Below, piece after piece: positions 25,440 through 34,946 of a stretch of DNA of 35,849 nucleotides. The stretch's first letter is position 1, and each line of letters opens with the position of its first letter. The DNA is taken from the NCBI GenBank assembly GCA_964368385.1, contig CAYJAG010000001.1, positions 18,990 through 54,838 of the forward strand, in the 5' to 3' direction. This stretch comes from an uncultured Muribaculaceae bacterium. GTDB lineage: Bacteria > Pseudomonadota > Alphaproteobacteria > Rs-D84. The notes beneath the pieces were generated by a model. It was not told where the DNA came from and searched no databases. It saw only the letters and a program-made list of their open reading frames with translations. The position numbers and the translations under genes are program-made.

Positions 25440-26195
25440 TTATTCCTCGGTCGTTGTTATTATCAATACGCGATTGCCTTTGAAAAATTTTGCATATGGT
25501 ATTGGATTAGCGCGACTGAAATTACGCACCAACGCACTGGACACATCCATAAAACGCCCCTTGAATACGGCGGATGCCTGTATTGGGTATTCTCTCGATG
25601 TATTCCAAACCAAATCCCATCCTTCCTTGTCGCACCATTCCTGCAAAACATCGCGCAAGGTTTGACCCGATGCCACGACCCAGCTGCGAACTTGGTCGCT
25701 TGCTGCACCTGGGATTGCGGCGTCTGCCTCTTCCACATCAAAATAATCTGATGAAGCCGAAGCTGATGAACCATTTATGATCACTCCATCTTCGGGGCTT
25801 TTAACCTTTTGTTTACCAGAACGAGAAACCGCCAAAACCGATCCACCATCATCTTCGATCATTTCAGTGTGCATCAGTGGCATTTCCGCCTGGGATTCAA
25901 AAGCATTAAATCCAGCCGGGGCCTGATAAGGTTGCGTCAAATCAGCGCCACCCGACCAAGATTCACCACCACGTCCACCTATATTAAAATTGTTTTCAAC
26001 AACCATATCCTGACCAACCTTGGAAACTATGCGAACATTATCGGGGTCTTCGTAATAGCCCTGATTATTATTAAATTGCACATCCGCATCAGATCCTGGT
26101 GCTGGCCAAACTGGCTGTGCGCTGGTGCAATCAGATGCAAATGCATATCCGCATGCTGTCGCAAAAAGCGCAAAAATAAAGAATTTTCGGAACAT
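25440..26195 (-). CDS. Secreted protein with C-terminal TcpQ domain (TcpQ/PilL-like secretin partner)
   Basis: Signal peptide; WVVASGQTLRDVLQEW...GWDLVW...YPIQASAVFKGRF...NRVLII is the TcpQ pattern; SD AAGGAAGG before ATG 26195 (alternative leaderless start at 26219). Confidence 0.82.
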   Translation of the reverse strand: MFRKFFIFALFATACGYAFASDCTSAQPVWPAPGSDADVQFNNNQGYYEDPDNVRIVSKVGQDMVVENNFNIGGRGGESWSGGADLTQPYQAPAGFNAFESQAEMPLMHTEMIEDDGGSVLAVSRSGKQKVKSPEDGVIINGSSASASSDYFDVEEADAAIPGAASDQVRSWVVASGQTLRDVLQEWCDKEGWDLVWNTSREYPIQASAVFKGRFMDVSSALVRNFSRANPIPYAKFFKGNRVLIITTTEE

Positions 26196-26328
26196 TATCC
26201 TTCCTTTGGATTCTAACATTACGCTTATTGTAGCAATTTTTGCGAATCGCCGTCAAGTCAATAGTCATTCATTGTTAGTGATTTGCGATTACAGAAAATT
26301 ATGCTAGAATCAGTCAAAAGGATTTTCA

Positions 26329-26856
26329 ATGCATTATGAAATTTTTTCTATCGCTGCGATCGCAATCGGATTACTGGTATTGATCATTACCCTGATTCTT
26401 GTTCGCAGAACCAGCGCATTGACGACAAGGATGACGTCACAAACCGCTGCCATTACGAAAATGCAAAACACATTAAAATCCAGATCGGCGACAAACGCGT
26501 TCGCGCAGAACAGCGAAATAATGTATCAAGACCTGTTGCAACAACTGATACCAATTACAGCGGCAGTCGGAATTTGTCCGCGCGAAACACCCGAGCATCC
26601 ATTATGGCAATGGGCTGGTGGTCTGATGGATGAATATGCAAAAAACCCATATGTGCTGGAACAAATCCGCCAGGCAATAAAATTGGACTCGCACATAGCA
26701 CGCGCGGCCGAAACCTATACCGACCATGCATCAAAGTTTTTAAGCTATCTGTCAGCGGCAGATTCGGACGGGCTGCTGAATGCGACTTTTTCCAACGGAC
26801 TGCTGGGGCAAACAATGACCTTGTTGGCCCAGGCAAGGCAGCTGGCAAATGAATGA
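26329..26856 (+). CDS. Hypothetical protein with N-terminal TM helix
   Basis: Hydrophobic residues ~5-26 followed by a helical domain; SD AAGGA; ATGA overlap with sufB. Confidence 0.75.
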   Translation: MHYEIFSIAAIAIGLLVLIITLILVRRTSALTTRMTSQTAAITKMQNTLKSRSATNAFAQNSEIMYQDLLQQLIPITAAVGICPRETPEHPLWQWAGGLMDEYAKNPYVLEQIRQAIKLDSHIARAAETYTDHASKFLSYLSAADSDGLLNATFSNGLLGQTMTLLAQARQLANE

Positions 26857-28154
26857 AAAAACTATCCGAAAATGTTATCCGTGAAATTTCGGCCGCGCGC
26901 GCTGAACCAGATTGGCTGACCGACTGGCGATTAGCAGCTTTTTCTGCATGGAAAAAAATGACCGAACCACACTGGGCAGAAATAAACTATGACCCCATAG
27001 ATTACGATTCGCTAGATTATTTCCATGTCGCAAAACCTATTGATAATTCCGACCTGAAAGCAACTTATGAAAAAATGGGCCTGCCACCTGAAGAGCAAAA
27101 GGCTTTGCTGGGCATGGCGACGGATTTAGTTATCGATTCGAAATCAGTAAATACCAGTTATACCTCTGAATTGGAAAAATTGGGTATTATCTTTCTGCCT
27201 TTTTCCGAAGCTGTCCAAAAGCATCCTGATTTGGTGAAAAAGTATCTGGGCAGCATTGTTTCGCAAACGGATAATTTTTTCGCGGCGTTGAATGCGGCGG
27301 TTTTTTCCGACGGGACTTTTGTTTATATTCCGAAAGATACAAAATGCCCGATCGATCTGGCCAGTTATTTCAGAATAGAAACGGCAAAGATCGGTCAATT
27401 TGAAAGAACATTAATAATTGCAGAACCCGGCGCACAGCTTTCGTATATGGAAGGGTGCAGCGCACCACGTCGTCCGAATCATCAGCTGCACAGCGGGGTT
27501 GTAGAAATCGTGGCAATGGACAACGCAGTTGTAAAATATGCAACTGTTCAGAATTGGGCGAACAGCATTTATAACTTTGTAACAAAACGTGGTCGGGTCG
27601 GTGCGGATGCAAAATTACTTTGGACCCAGGTCGAAATCGGCAGCGCCAAGACATGGAAATATCCTTCATCAATTTTGGCGGGCGCGCGCGCACATTCGGA
27701 TTTTTACTCGCTTTCAATTACTCGTGGCGCACAGCAAGCCGATACCGGAACCAAGATGATTCATATCGGTGATAACAGCAGTTCTAATATAGTGTCCTAT
27801 GGTGTGGCATTGGAAAAATCGATTCAGACTTTCCGTTCGCTTGTTTCATTCGGCATTCAAACGCGTGGCGCAAAGAACGCCAGCAAGTGCGACAGCCGAA
27901 TGATTGGCGATGATGCAATACTGAATACTTTGCCGCGAATAATCATGGGCAACGGGGAAAACGATCAAAGCCATGAAGCGACCAGCGGCGCGATAGATGC
28001 AGCTGCCCTGCTTTATCTGATGCAAAGCGGGATTGCAGAAGACGAAGCAACAGCATTGATAGTAGGCGGAATGGCAGCACCCGTAATTTCGCGCCTTCCT
28101 ATGGAGTTCTTGGTAGAAAGCAAACAACTGATACAAATGGCGCTGAAGAGTTAG
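26853..28154 (+). CDS. sufB: Fe-S cluster assembly protein SufB
   Basis: EPDWLTDWRL, FFAALNAAVFSDGTFVYIP, GQFERTLI, YMEGCSAP, NFVTKR, QQADTGTKMIH, CDS, HEAT and LPMEF. Confidence 0.95.
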   Translation: MKKLSENVIREISAARAEPDWLTDWRLAAFSAWKKMTEPHWAEINYDPIDYDSLDYFHVAKPIDNSDLKATYEKMGLPPEEQKALLGMATDLVIDSKSVNTSYTSELEKLGIIFLPFSEAVQKHPDLVKKYLGSIVSQTDNFFAALNAAVFSDGTFVYIPKDTKCPIDLASYFRIETAKIGQFERTLIIAEPGAQLSYMEGCSAPRRPNHQLHSGVVEIVAMDNAVVKYATVQNWANSIYNFVTKRGRVGADAKLLWTQVEIGSAKTWKYPSSILAGARAHSDFYSLSITRGAQQADTGTKMIHIGDNSSSNIVSYGVALEKSIQTFRSLVSFGIQTRGAKNASKCDSRMIGDDAILNTLPRIIMGNGENDQSHEATSGAIDAAALLYLMQSGIAEDEATALIVGGMAAPVISRLPMEFLVESKQLIQMALKS

Positions 28155-28166
28155 GAGTTAGAAATT

Positions 28167-28850
28167 ATGAATTTATTAGAAATAAAAAATCTTTCCATAT
28201 CATTTGGCGACAAAGAGTTGCTGCATGACATCAGTCTGGATGTAGTCGATGGCGCGCGGCACCTGCTGCGCGGACGAAATGGATCCGGCAAAACTACTTT
28301 GGTCCAAACGATTGCTGGCAACCCCGATTATAAAATCAAATCTGGAAAAATAATTTTTGACGGACGCGACATTGAAAATGAAAATACAACAACGCGCGCA
28401 CTGATGGGAATTTTTATCGGCGCACAAAATGTTCCAGAAATCCCGGGGCTTTCGCTGATAAGTTTTCTTAAACATTCTATCGCGGCGCATCATCATTTTC
28501 ATACAGGCAAAGAATTATCCATGGGCCAGTTTCTGGCAGAGCTGGAAGATGCCCGCGTGCGGTTGGACATTCCAAAGGAATGGTTGAACCGCAGCATCAA
28601 TGTTGGATTTTCCGGTGGCGAGCGCAAACGCTTGATGTTTTTACAATTACTGATGACAAATCCACGTCTGGCAATTCTGGACGAACCAGATTCCGGCGCG
28701 GACGCGGCCACTCAAAAACTTTTTGCTGAAATTATGAATGAAATGTCTGGGACCAGTTTCTTGTTTATTTCACACCAAGAAAAATTTACACAACTGGCAG
28801 CGCCAACCGCAATCACAACTTTGTCAGATGGCAAAATTGTGGTAGAATAA
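28167..28850 (+). CDS. sufC: Fe-S cluster assembly ATPase SufC
   Basis: GRNGSGKT, AGNPDY, EIPG, LNRSINVGFSGGERKR, LDEPDSG and ISH; directly follows sufB. Confidence 0.9.
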   Translation: MNLLEIKNLSISFGDKELLHDISLDVVDGARHLLRGRNGSGKTTLVQTIAGNPDYKIKSGKIIFDGRDIENENTTTRALMGIFIGAQNVPEIPGLSLISFLKHSIAAHHHFHTGKELSMGQFLAELEDARVRLDIPKEWLNRSINVGFSGGERKRLMFLQLLMTNPRLAILDEPDSGADAATQKLFAEIMNEMSGTSFLFISHQEKFTQLAAPTAITTLSDGKIVVE

Positions 28851-28875
28851 AGCAAATAAACCAAGGGAAATTATC

Positions 28876-29781
28876 ATGCCGACCAAACGAAAAACTTCTT
28901 TAACGAAATCCAACTCGTTACCAATTTCTAAATGGTTGTTTTGGGCACCATTGAAATTCACCGGATTGTTTTCAGTCTTTATAATGTTGTTTGTTTTTAT
29001 TACAAATATTTTCTTTCGCAACCAGGTAACAAATTTGGGAACATTGATTCTGGGCACACTTGGCCTGGGATTTTTGGCATTTTCAATCTATAAAATTATA
29101 AAGTGGACGCCGGATAATCATCTGGGACATAAAAGCTTTATAATGTTAAACATTGCGCAAAGCTTGATCAGTTTGGTTTTGCTGGCAGTCATAGGCTTTA
29201 TTGCAATTTGGATGCAAACCGGAACGCTGGAATTAAACTTTGTAATGGCACTGGGAACTCTGGCGATTTTGCTGATGATTTTTCTTGCTGGAATCGGGTT
29301 GCTGAAAATGAAATCATTGTTCTGCCGCGCGCGCATGCAAGGTGTTCCGAAATGGAAACTATGGATATCTGCGCCTTTTGGACTGGGCATGATGTGGTAT
29401 TCGGGATTTCTGATTTCTGACGGCGACAAGAAAAGCCAAGATTTGCCAACCAAAATTAAGCCATTGGAAAAATTGGCCAACTGGATTGTTAAAAATCAGC
29501 GCAATACCATAATCGCATTTTTGGTATTTATCGCATCAGCGGGCGTTCTGTTGCTTTCAGATTTTAAAATACTGATCGTTTTTTACGCGGTATCTTTAGT
29601 GCTGGGTGGAACGCTGCTGGTTTACAAAAAGCTTAGTCAAAATTTGGGTGGTCTGTTTGCAACAGCCGCAGCCCTGCTGAACATTGCGGTTGTTTTCGCC
29701 ATAATCTGGGCATTTGCGGGCAATACCAAACCATCATTGAATATGGGCGAGCAGATTCAGATAACTGACGTTGAAAAATAA
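28876..29781 (+). CDS. Polytopic membrane protein of unknown function
   Basis: About 8 hydrophobic segments; no family recognised. Confidence 0.75.
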   Translation: MPTKRKTSLTKSNSLPISKWLFWAPLKFTGLFSVFIMLFVFITNIFFRNQVTNLGTLILGTLGLGFLAFSIYKIIKWTPDNHLGHKSFIMLNIAQSLISLVLLAVIGFIAIWMQTGTLELNFVMALGTLAILLMIFLAGIGLLKMKSLFCRARMQGVPKWKLWISAPFGLGMMWYSGFLISDGDKKSQDLPTKIKPLEKLANWIVKNQRNTIIAFLVFIASAGVLLLSDFKILIVFYAVSLVLGGTLLVYKKLSQNLGGLFATAAALLNIAVVFAIIWAFAGNTKPSLNMGEQIQITDVEK

Positions 29782-29795
29782 ACAGGGTAAAAATT

Positions 29796-30839
29796 ATGAA
29801 TGGAATTGTGCTTTTTCTGGGTGTTTTGGTTTTGCTGGTGCTGGGAAAGCCAGTGTTTGTGCCTTTGATTGTTGCGGCTTTTCTTTGGTATTTGACGAAC
29901 GCGATTGCTGCGTATTACAGAAAGCTGTTGCCTTTTGGGAAAAAATATTGTGCGCCGAATCGGTCGCTATGTCGGGTATTTGATGGCAGCACGTTTGTAT
30001 TATCCATCGCGACCTTGGTCGGATTGATGTATGCCTTTGCAACCCAGATACGACCAATGTTTACGGAACTTGCGGCGCGTTTGCCAGAAATTCAATCAAG
30101 ACTGATAACTTTATCGCATTATTTTTCAGACGTGCTGGGTGTAAAAATTGATCCGTCAGTTTTACCGGATTTTGCAGGAATTGCTGCAAATTTGGGTGTG
30201 TCGCTTGGCAATGCTATGCTGTCGTTTGGAATGATTTTGGTCTATATGCTGTTTATGTTTATCGAACAAAGTACATTTCGCAAAAAAATTGCTCGCCTGT
30301 TTCCAGAAAGTCGCCAGTTCAAGAAAGTAAACTTCATTTTGGATTCAATCGGCACCAATATGAAGAAATATATGTTCATGAAGACCGCGGTTTCAGTGGC
30401 GACGGCCGTCTTGTCCTATTTATGGTTAAAATACCTGGGGATCGAGTTTGCCGGTGTCTGGGCATTCGTAGTATTTATAACAAACTATATTCCAACTTTC
30501 GGGGCGATTGTGGCAACGGCATTGCCATTGTTTTATTCACTTATTACAGCCAGCACATTGCATACGCCATTGATGGTGGCAGGCGGATTGATAGTAATAC
30601 AAATTCTGCTGAGTAATGTTATAGAGCCAAAATTAACCGGAAAAACCCTGAACCTTTCAACTCTTGCGATTTTGATAAACCTGGTATTTTGGGGAATGAT
30701 ATGGGGGGCCATCGGAATGTTTTTCAGCGTACCATTGCTGGTCGCGACATTTATCATAACGGCCCAGTTTGACAGAACCAGATGGATTGCAGTTCTGCTG
30801 TCCGCAAATGGGGAAATCCCAGATAAAGAAGACGATTAA
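29796..30839 (+). CDS. AI-2E family transporter
   Basis: VPLIVAAFL, NYIPTFG, SNVIEPKLTGKTLNLS and FWGMIWGAIGMFFSVPL. Confidence 0.92.
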   Translation: MNGIVLFLGVLVLLVLGKPVFVPLIVAAFLWYLTNAIAAYYRKLLPFGKKYCAPNRSLCRVFDGSTFVLSIATLVGLMYAFATQIRPMFTELAARLPEIQSRLITLSHYFSDVLGVKIDPSVLPDFAGIAANLGVSLGNAMLSFGMILVYMLFMFIEQSTFRKKIARLFPESRQFKKVNFILDSIGTNMKKYMFMKTAVSVATAVLSYLWLKYLGIEFAGVWAFVVFITNYIPTFGAIVATALPLFYSLITASTLHTPLMVAGGLIVIQILLSNVIEPKLTGKTLNLSTLAILINLVFWGMIWGAIGMFFSVPLLVATFIITAQFDRTRWIAVLLSANGEIPDKEDD

Positions 30840-30864
30840 AAAACCGCCCAATGGGCGGTTTTTT
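30838..30864. terminator. Bidirectional terminator
   Basis: A6-CCGCCC-AAT-GGGCGG-T6, overlapping both stop codons. Confidence 0.85.
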
Positions 30865-31231
30865 ATCTCACTTTTTCTATCCTGGTAATAAGTCGGCGAA
30901 ATGGGCCGGCAAAAAACGGAGTGCTTACGCAAACACTATCGCCCGCTTTGAGTTTTGATTCATTTGAATTATCACTTATTTCTTTTATTCTATCCGCAAT
31001 TTTATCCGAATTAGTATCAATATAATAAGCGGTTATATGCTTAGTTCCACCAAACATAGTCTCTTTTGTAAAATTTTCTACTGGTGAAAGTATTTTTCCC
31101 TGACAGGTTTCATATTCTGTCTCACGCAAAACCGCTTCTGAAAAAGAACATATCCCCAACCAGCAAGCCAACCCAATTAAAGAACCTTTCTTTATTCCAT
31201 TAATAATTTCATTTTTCATTTTAACTTCCAT
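30863..31231 (-). CDS. Small AT-rich hypothetical protein with an N-terminal hydrophobic segment
   Basis: 122-aa ORF ending at the terminator; signal- or TM-like SLIGLACWLGICSF; start may be 31219. Confidence 0.6.
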   Translation of the reverse strand: MEVKMKNEIINGIKKGSLIGLACWLGICSFSEAVLRETEYETCQGKILSPVENFTKETMFGGTKHITAYYIDTNSDKIADRIKEISDNSNESKLKAGDSVCVSTPFFAGPFRRLITRIEKVR

Positions 31232-31330
31232 TTATTTTACATATAATTGACAAAACTGCGTCACCTTAATGGAGTTTATTGCATTTGTCAATACATTATT
31301 ATGGTATTTTATTATGGAAATTTTCACGGG

Positions 31331-32455
31331 TTAAAAAAATCCGTGTTTCTTTTTTGTGCCCACGCCTGAAAATTCTTCCAGCGCTTTCTTTTGTTTGTCT
31401 GTTAATTTAGTTGGAACATCTGTTGCTATTTCTATAAATAAATCCCCGCCTGGAAAGCCACGACCACGAACACGCATACGTTCGCCGACCTGGGTTCCGG
31501 CCAGAATCTTTACATCCAATTTTTTATCATCGATGGTTTCAATTTCAATTTCCCCGCCCAGCGCAAGAGTCGTAAAAGGAACTTTTTCACGGCAATATAA
31601 ATCCCGACCAGCGCGCTTGAATTTCGCATCTGGCAAAATATGAACATCTACAAAGAAATCCCCAGCTGGTGCGCCCATCATACCGGCTTCGCCCTGCCCC
31701 GCCAGACGAATTCTGGCGCCATCTTGTATGCCGGCCGGAATTTTAACCTGAATTTCGCGTCTTTTTTGCGTTGCGCCAGTTCCATCACAAGCATTGCACT
31801 TTTTAGAGATTTTGCGCCCCAATCCCTGACAATCCGGACAAACCGATTCCATTGCAAACATCCCACGACGTGTGCGCACAACACCCGAACCACCACAAGT
31901 TTTGCATACTGGCGCAGGCTTGCCATCCGCAGTTCCATGCCCACCACACTTTTCGCATTTAACACCGCTGGTAAATTTAATCGTCTCGGTTTTGCCCAAA
32001 AAGGCATCTTTTAATGAAATTTCAATTTCGTGCAGCATATCGCGGCCTGCATGTTGGCCGGATTCTGCGTCGTCACCCATATCAAATCCGCCCATTCCGC
32101 CGGCAAATCCGAACGACTTCATGGCCTCTTTGATAATGTCTTCCATATTGCCGCCACCCATATCAAAACGAAACGCGCCGCCGCCCGTATTTCCAAATGG
32201 ATTTCCAGCCCCAGCAGACGCGCCATTTCCGCCAGCAAACGCCGCATCGCCGAATTGGTCATATGCCGCGCGCTTTTGAGGATCTTTCAGAACATCAAAT
32301 GCATTATTGATTTCTTTGAATTTTTCTTCAGATGATTTATCGCCCGAATTTTTATCGGGATGATGCTTCATCACCAACTGGTGATAAGCCTTTTTAATGT
32401 CTGCGTCGGATGCGTTTTTAGCAACGCCCAAGATTTCATAGGGGTTCTTATTCAT
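31331..32455 (-). CDS. dnaJ: Chaperone DnaJ (class A)
   Basis: J domain with HPD, G/F-rich region, four CxxCxGxG repeats and C-terminal domain. Confidence 0.97.
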   Translation of the reverse strand: MNKNPYEILGVAKNASDADIKKAYHQLVMKHHPDKNSGDKSSEEKFKEINNAFDVLKDPQKRAAYDQFGDAAFAGGNGASAGAGNPFGNTGGGAFRFDMGGGNMEDIIKEAMKSFGFAGGMGGFDMGDDAESGQHAGRDMLHEIEISLKDAFLGKTETIKFTSGVKCEKCGGHGTADGKPAPVCKTCGGSGVVRTRRGMFAMESVCPDCQGLGRKISKKCNACDGTGATQKRREIQVKIPAGIQDGARIRLAGQGEAGMMGAPAGDFFVDVHILPDAKFKRAGRDLYCREKVPFTTLALGGEIEIETIDDKKLDVKILAGTQVGERMRVRGRGFPGGDLFIEIATDVPTKLTDKQKKALEEFSGVGTKKKHGFF

Positions 32456-32534
32456 GGTGCATTAGAATATAATGCCGCAGACAAAAAAATCAAGCTACTT
32501 GAAATGTTTTTATTTTTGCGCTAACCTGCCCGCC

Positions 32535-34517
32535 GTGGCAAATAAAACCCAACAATCTTACGATGCGTCAGACATCCAAGTCCTGGAAGGACTGGAGCCT
32601 GTTCGTCTGCGCCCCGGTATGTATATCGGCGGAACAGACGAAAAAGCTTGGCATCACCTGCCAACTGAAATTATTGATAACGCCATTGACGAGGCTGTGG
32701 CCGGGTTTGCCAAAAAAATCTCGGTTTCTTTAATTGATTCCAAAACCATTGAAATTACCGATGACGGACGCGGAATCCCGGTGGACGAACATCAAAAGTT
32801 TCCTGGAAAATCCGCGCTGGAAATAATCTTTACCACTCTGCATTCTGGCGGAAAGTTCAACAATGATATTTATAAGACCAGTGGCGGTTTGCACGGCGTT
32901 GGCGCAGCAGTTGTAAATGCCCTGTCTGCCGAAACTATTGTCCGGGTGGCGCGAGATGGTTATTTTTGGACTCAGAAATTTTCACGTGGCCGGTCTGTTG
33001 GCTCAACCGAACGCGGTGATGCAACAAAGACCCAGGGGACCAGTGTTCGCTTTACCTTGGACGACCAAATTTTTGGCGCGAACGCTGTGTTTAAACCTGT
33101 GAAAATTTATCGTCTTGCGCGGGCCAAGGCTTATCTGTCGCGTGGTGTTCGCGTTGAATGGAATTGCGCACCAGATTTGCTGACCGAAGATATGAATCTG
33201 CCGGCAAATTCGACTTTCTATTATCCTAATGGTGTTGCTGACAGAATGGCCGAGACCACAAATGGCAAGCCCCAAATTTTACCAAAGATTTTTGCGGGAA
33301 ATACCGATTGGTCTGAAGATTCTGGATTTCGCGCTGAATGGGCGCTGACTTTTTTAACTGACGAGAACGGCGCGGCATCTGATGATGGTTTTTTTGCCAG
33401 CTATTGTAATACCATTGCGACTATTGATGGCGGAACACACGAATCTGGATTTCGCAGTGCAATTACCAAGGGTCTGAAAAACTATGCCGAAAAAGTTGGT
33501 AACAAAGCTGGGGCCACAATTATCGCCGAAGATGTTTTTGATTCCGCGGCTGTTTTATTATCAATTTTTTACAAGACCCCACAATTCTTGGGTCAGACCA
33601 AGGAAAAATTAAGCAACCCTGAAATCACGCGCTATACTGAAAAAGCCGTGGCTGATCCTTGGGAAATATTCTTGGCATCCGATCCGAAAACTGCAAATGC
33701 GTTATTAGATTTTGTGATAAACCTGGCAAATGCACGCATTAAAACAAAGAATGTCAAAGACATCGCTCGCAAGACGCCGACCAAGCGCGCGCGCATGCCG
33801 GTAAAGTTGGCCGATTGTTCCAAACATGGTATTGCCGGAACAGAATTATTTATAGTAGAAGGCGAATCGGCCGGTGGCACCGCAAAGCAAGCGCGCGATC
33901 GCGCCACCCAGGCAATTATGCCCCTTCGCGGCAAAGTCTTGAACGTGATGAGCAACAGCGATGAAAAATTCACAGCAAATAAAGAACTGGGTGAATTGAT
34001 TGACATTATCGGCGCTGGCACAGCCAAAGATTGGGACGAATCAAAATTAAGATACGAAAAGATTATTATAATGACCGATGCCGACGTTGATGGTTCACAT
34101 ATTGCCTCGTTATTGATGACTTTCTTTTATCGTGATATGCCTGGATTAATTCATGGTGGTCATTTGTATTTGTCTTGCCCGCCGCTGTATAAATTAACAC
34201 ACGGAACTGAATCTGTTTATGTTGATACAGATGAAGAATTGGACGAATTAAAAGCCACAAAATACAAGGGTAAAAAACTGGAAATTTCGCGTTTCAAAGG
34301 ATTGGGCGAAATGATGCCAACCCAGTTAAAAGAAACGACTATGAGTCCAAAATCGCGGCGACTGATTCGGGTTGAATTGCCACCTAAAACCGAGGACGGA
34401 TCCGAAGACGCTGAAAAAACGCGGACATTGGTGACAGAATTGATGGGTAAAAAGCCCGAGTTCCGATTCAAGTTTATAACCGAACATGCAAAATTTGTGA
34501 AAGATTTGGATGTATAA
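32535..34517 (+). CDS. parE: DNA topoisomerase IV subunit B
   Basis: EGLEPVRLRPGMYIGGTD..AWHHL, SGGLHGVG, EGESAGG, PLRGK, DADVDGSHIASLLMTFF and RFKGLGEM. Start placed at GTG 32535, 7 nt after TTGAAA-17 bp-TAACCT; the ORF track starts at 32472. Confidence 0.9.
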   Translation: MANKTQQSYDASDIQVLEGLEPVRLRPGMYIGGTDEKAWHHLPTEIIDNAIDEAVAGFAKKISVSLIDSKTIEITDDGRGIPVDEHQKFPGKSALEIIFTTLHSGGKFNNDIYKTSGGLHGVGAAVVNALSAETIVRVARDGYFWTQKFSRGRSVGSTERGDATKTQGTSVRFTLDDQIFGANAVFKPVKIYRLARAKAYLSRGVRVEWNCAPDLLTEDMNLPANSTFYYPNGVADRMAETTNGKPQILPKIFAGNTDWSEDSGFRAEWALTFLTDENGAASDDGFFASYCNTIATIDGGTHESGFRSAITKGLKNYAEKVGNKAGATIIAEDVFDSAAVLLSIFYKTPQFLGQTKEKLSNPEITRYTEKAVADPWEIFLASDPKTANALLDFVINLANARIKTKNVKDIARKTPTKRARMPVKLADCSKHGIAGTELFIVEGESAGGTAKQARDRATQAIMPLRGKVLNVMSNSDEKFTANKELGELIDIIGAGTAKDWDESKLRYEKIIIMTDADVDGSHIASLLMTFFYRDMPGLIHGGHLYLSCPPLYKLTHGTESVYVDTDEELDELKATKYKGKKLEISRFKGLGEMMPTQLKETTMSPKSRRLIRVELPPKTEDGSEDAEKTRTLVTELMGKKPEFRFKFITEHAKFVKDLDV

Positions 34518-34545
34518 AAAAATCGCCGCAACCGCGGCGATTTTT
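34516..34545. terminator. Bidirectional terminator
   Basis: A7-TCGCCGC-AACC-GCGGCGA-T5. Confidence 0.85.
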
Positions 34546-34547
34546 AA

Positions 34548-34853
34548 TTATTTGCACCAAGTACCATATGAGGCTTTGCAATTATTACGCATATAAACGC
34601 GCTTTACGCTGTGAATTGTTATTGTTGTTTTTTGCGGCTCGGTTTTCTTACCCATTAACTCTGCACACGCTGTGTTCGGGTAAACCACACGGCTTTTCGC
34701 ATCTTTGCTGTTGCGATCAACTACGCCCCATTCAGCATTTTTAACAATGCAGTCATGACCTGACTGAACATAGCTTTCTTCTTTTTTATAGTGAGTATAG
34801 GCGCAACCAGACAAAACTGCGACCGCCAAGAAAGATAAAATCAATTTTTTCAT
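34548..34853 (-). CDS. Small lipoprotein of unknown function
   Basis: MKK, hydrophobic stretch and LSGC lipobox; four further Cys; SD AAGGA; upstream TTGACA-16 bp-TATAGT. Confidence 0.8.
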   Translation of the reverse strand: MKKLILSFLAVAVLSGCAYTHYKKEESYVQSGHDCIVKNAEWGVVDRNSKDAKSRVVYPNTACAELMGKKTEPQKTTITIHSVKRVYMRNNCKASYGTWCK

Positions 34854-34946
34854 AACAAAATCCTTTTGTTGTTTGACAAAACTATAAAATGTTTATTTGC
34901 ATTGTCAAGATTTATTTGGTCGGCATTTTGTGATATAATTAAATAC

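Noticed and set aside
26853-28850. sufBC as an SMS (SmsCB) system
   Set aside because: SufB has canonical SufB motifs and SufC lacks the C-terminal CxxC typical of SmsC.
32456-32534. CIRCE element upstream of dnaJ
   Set aside because: No TTAGCACTC-N9-GAGTGCTAA inverted repeat is present.
32472-34517. Calling this gene gyrB
   Set aside because: EPVR, GGTD..AWHHL, HIASLLMTFF, and the absence of the long proteobacterial GyrB insertion favour ParE.
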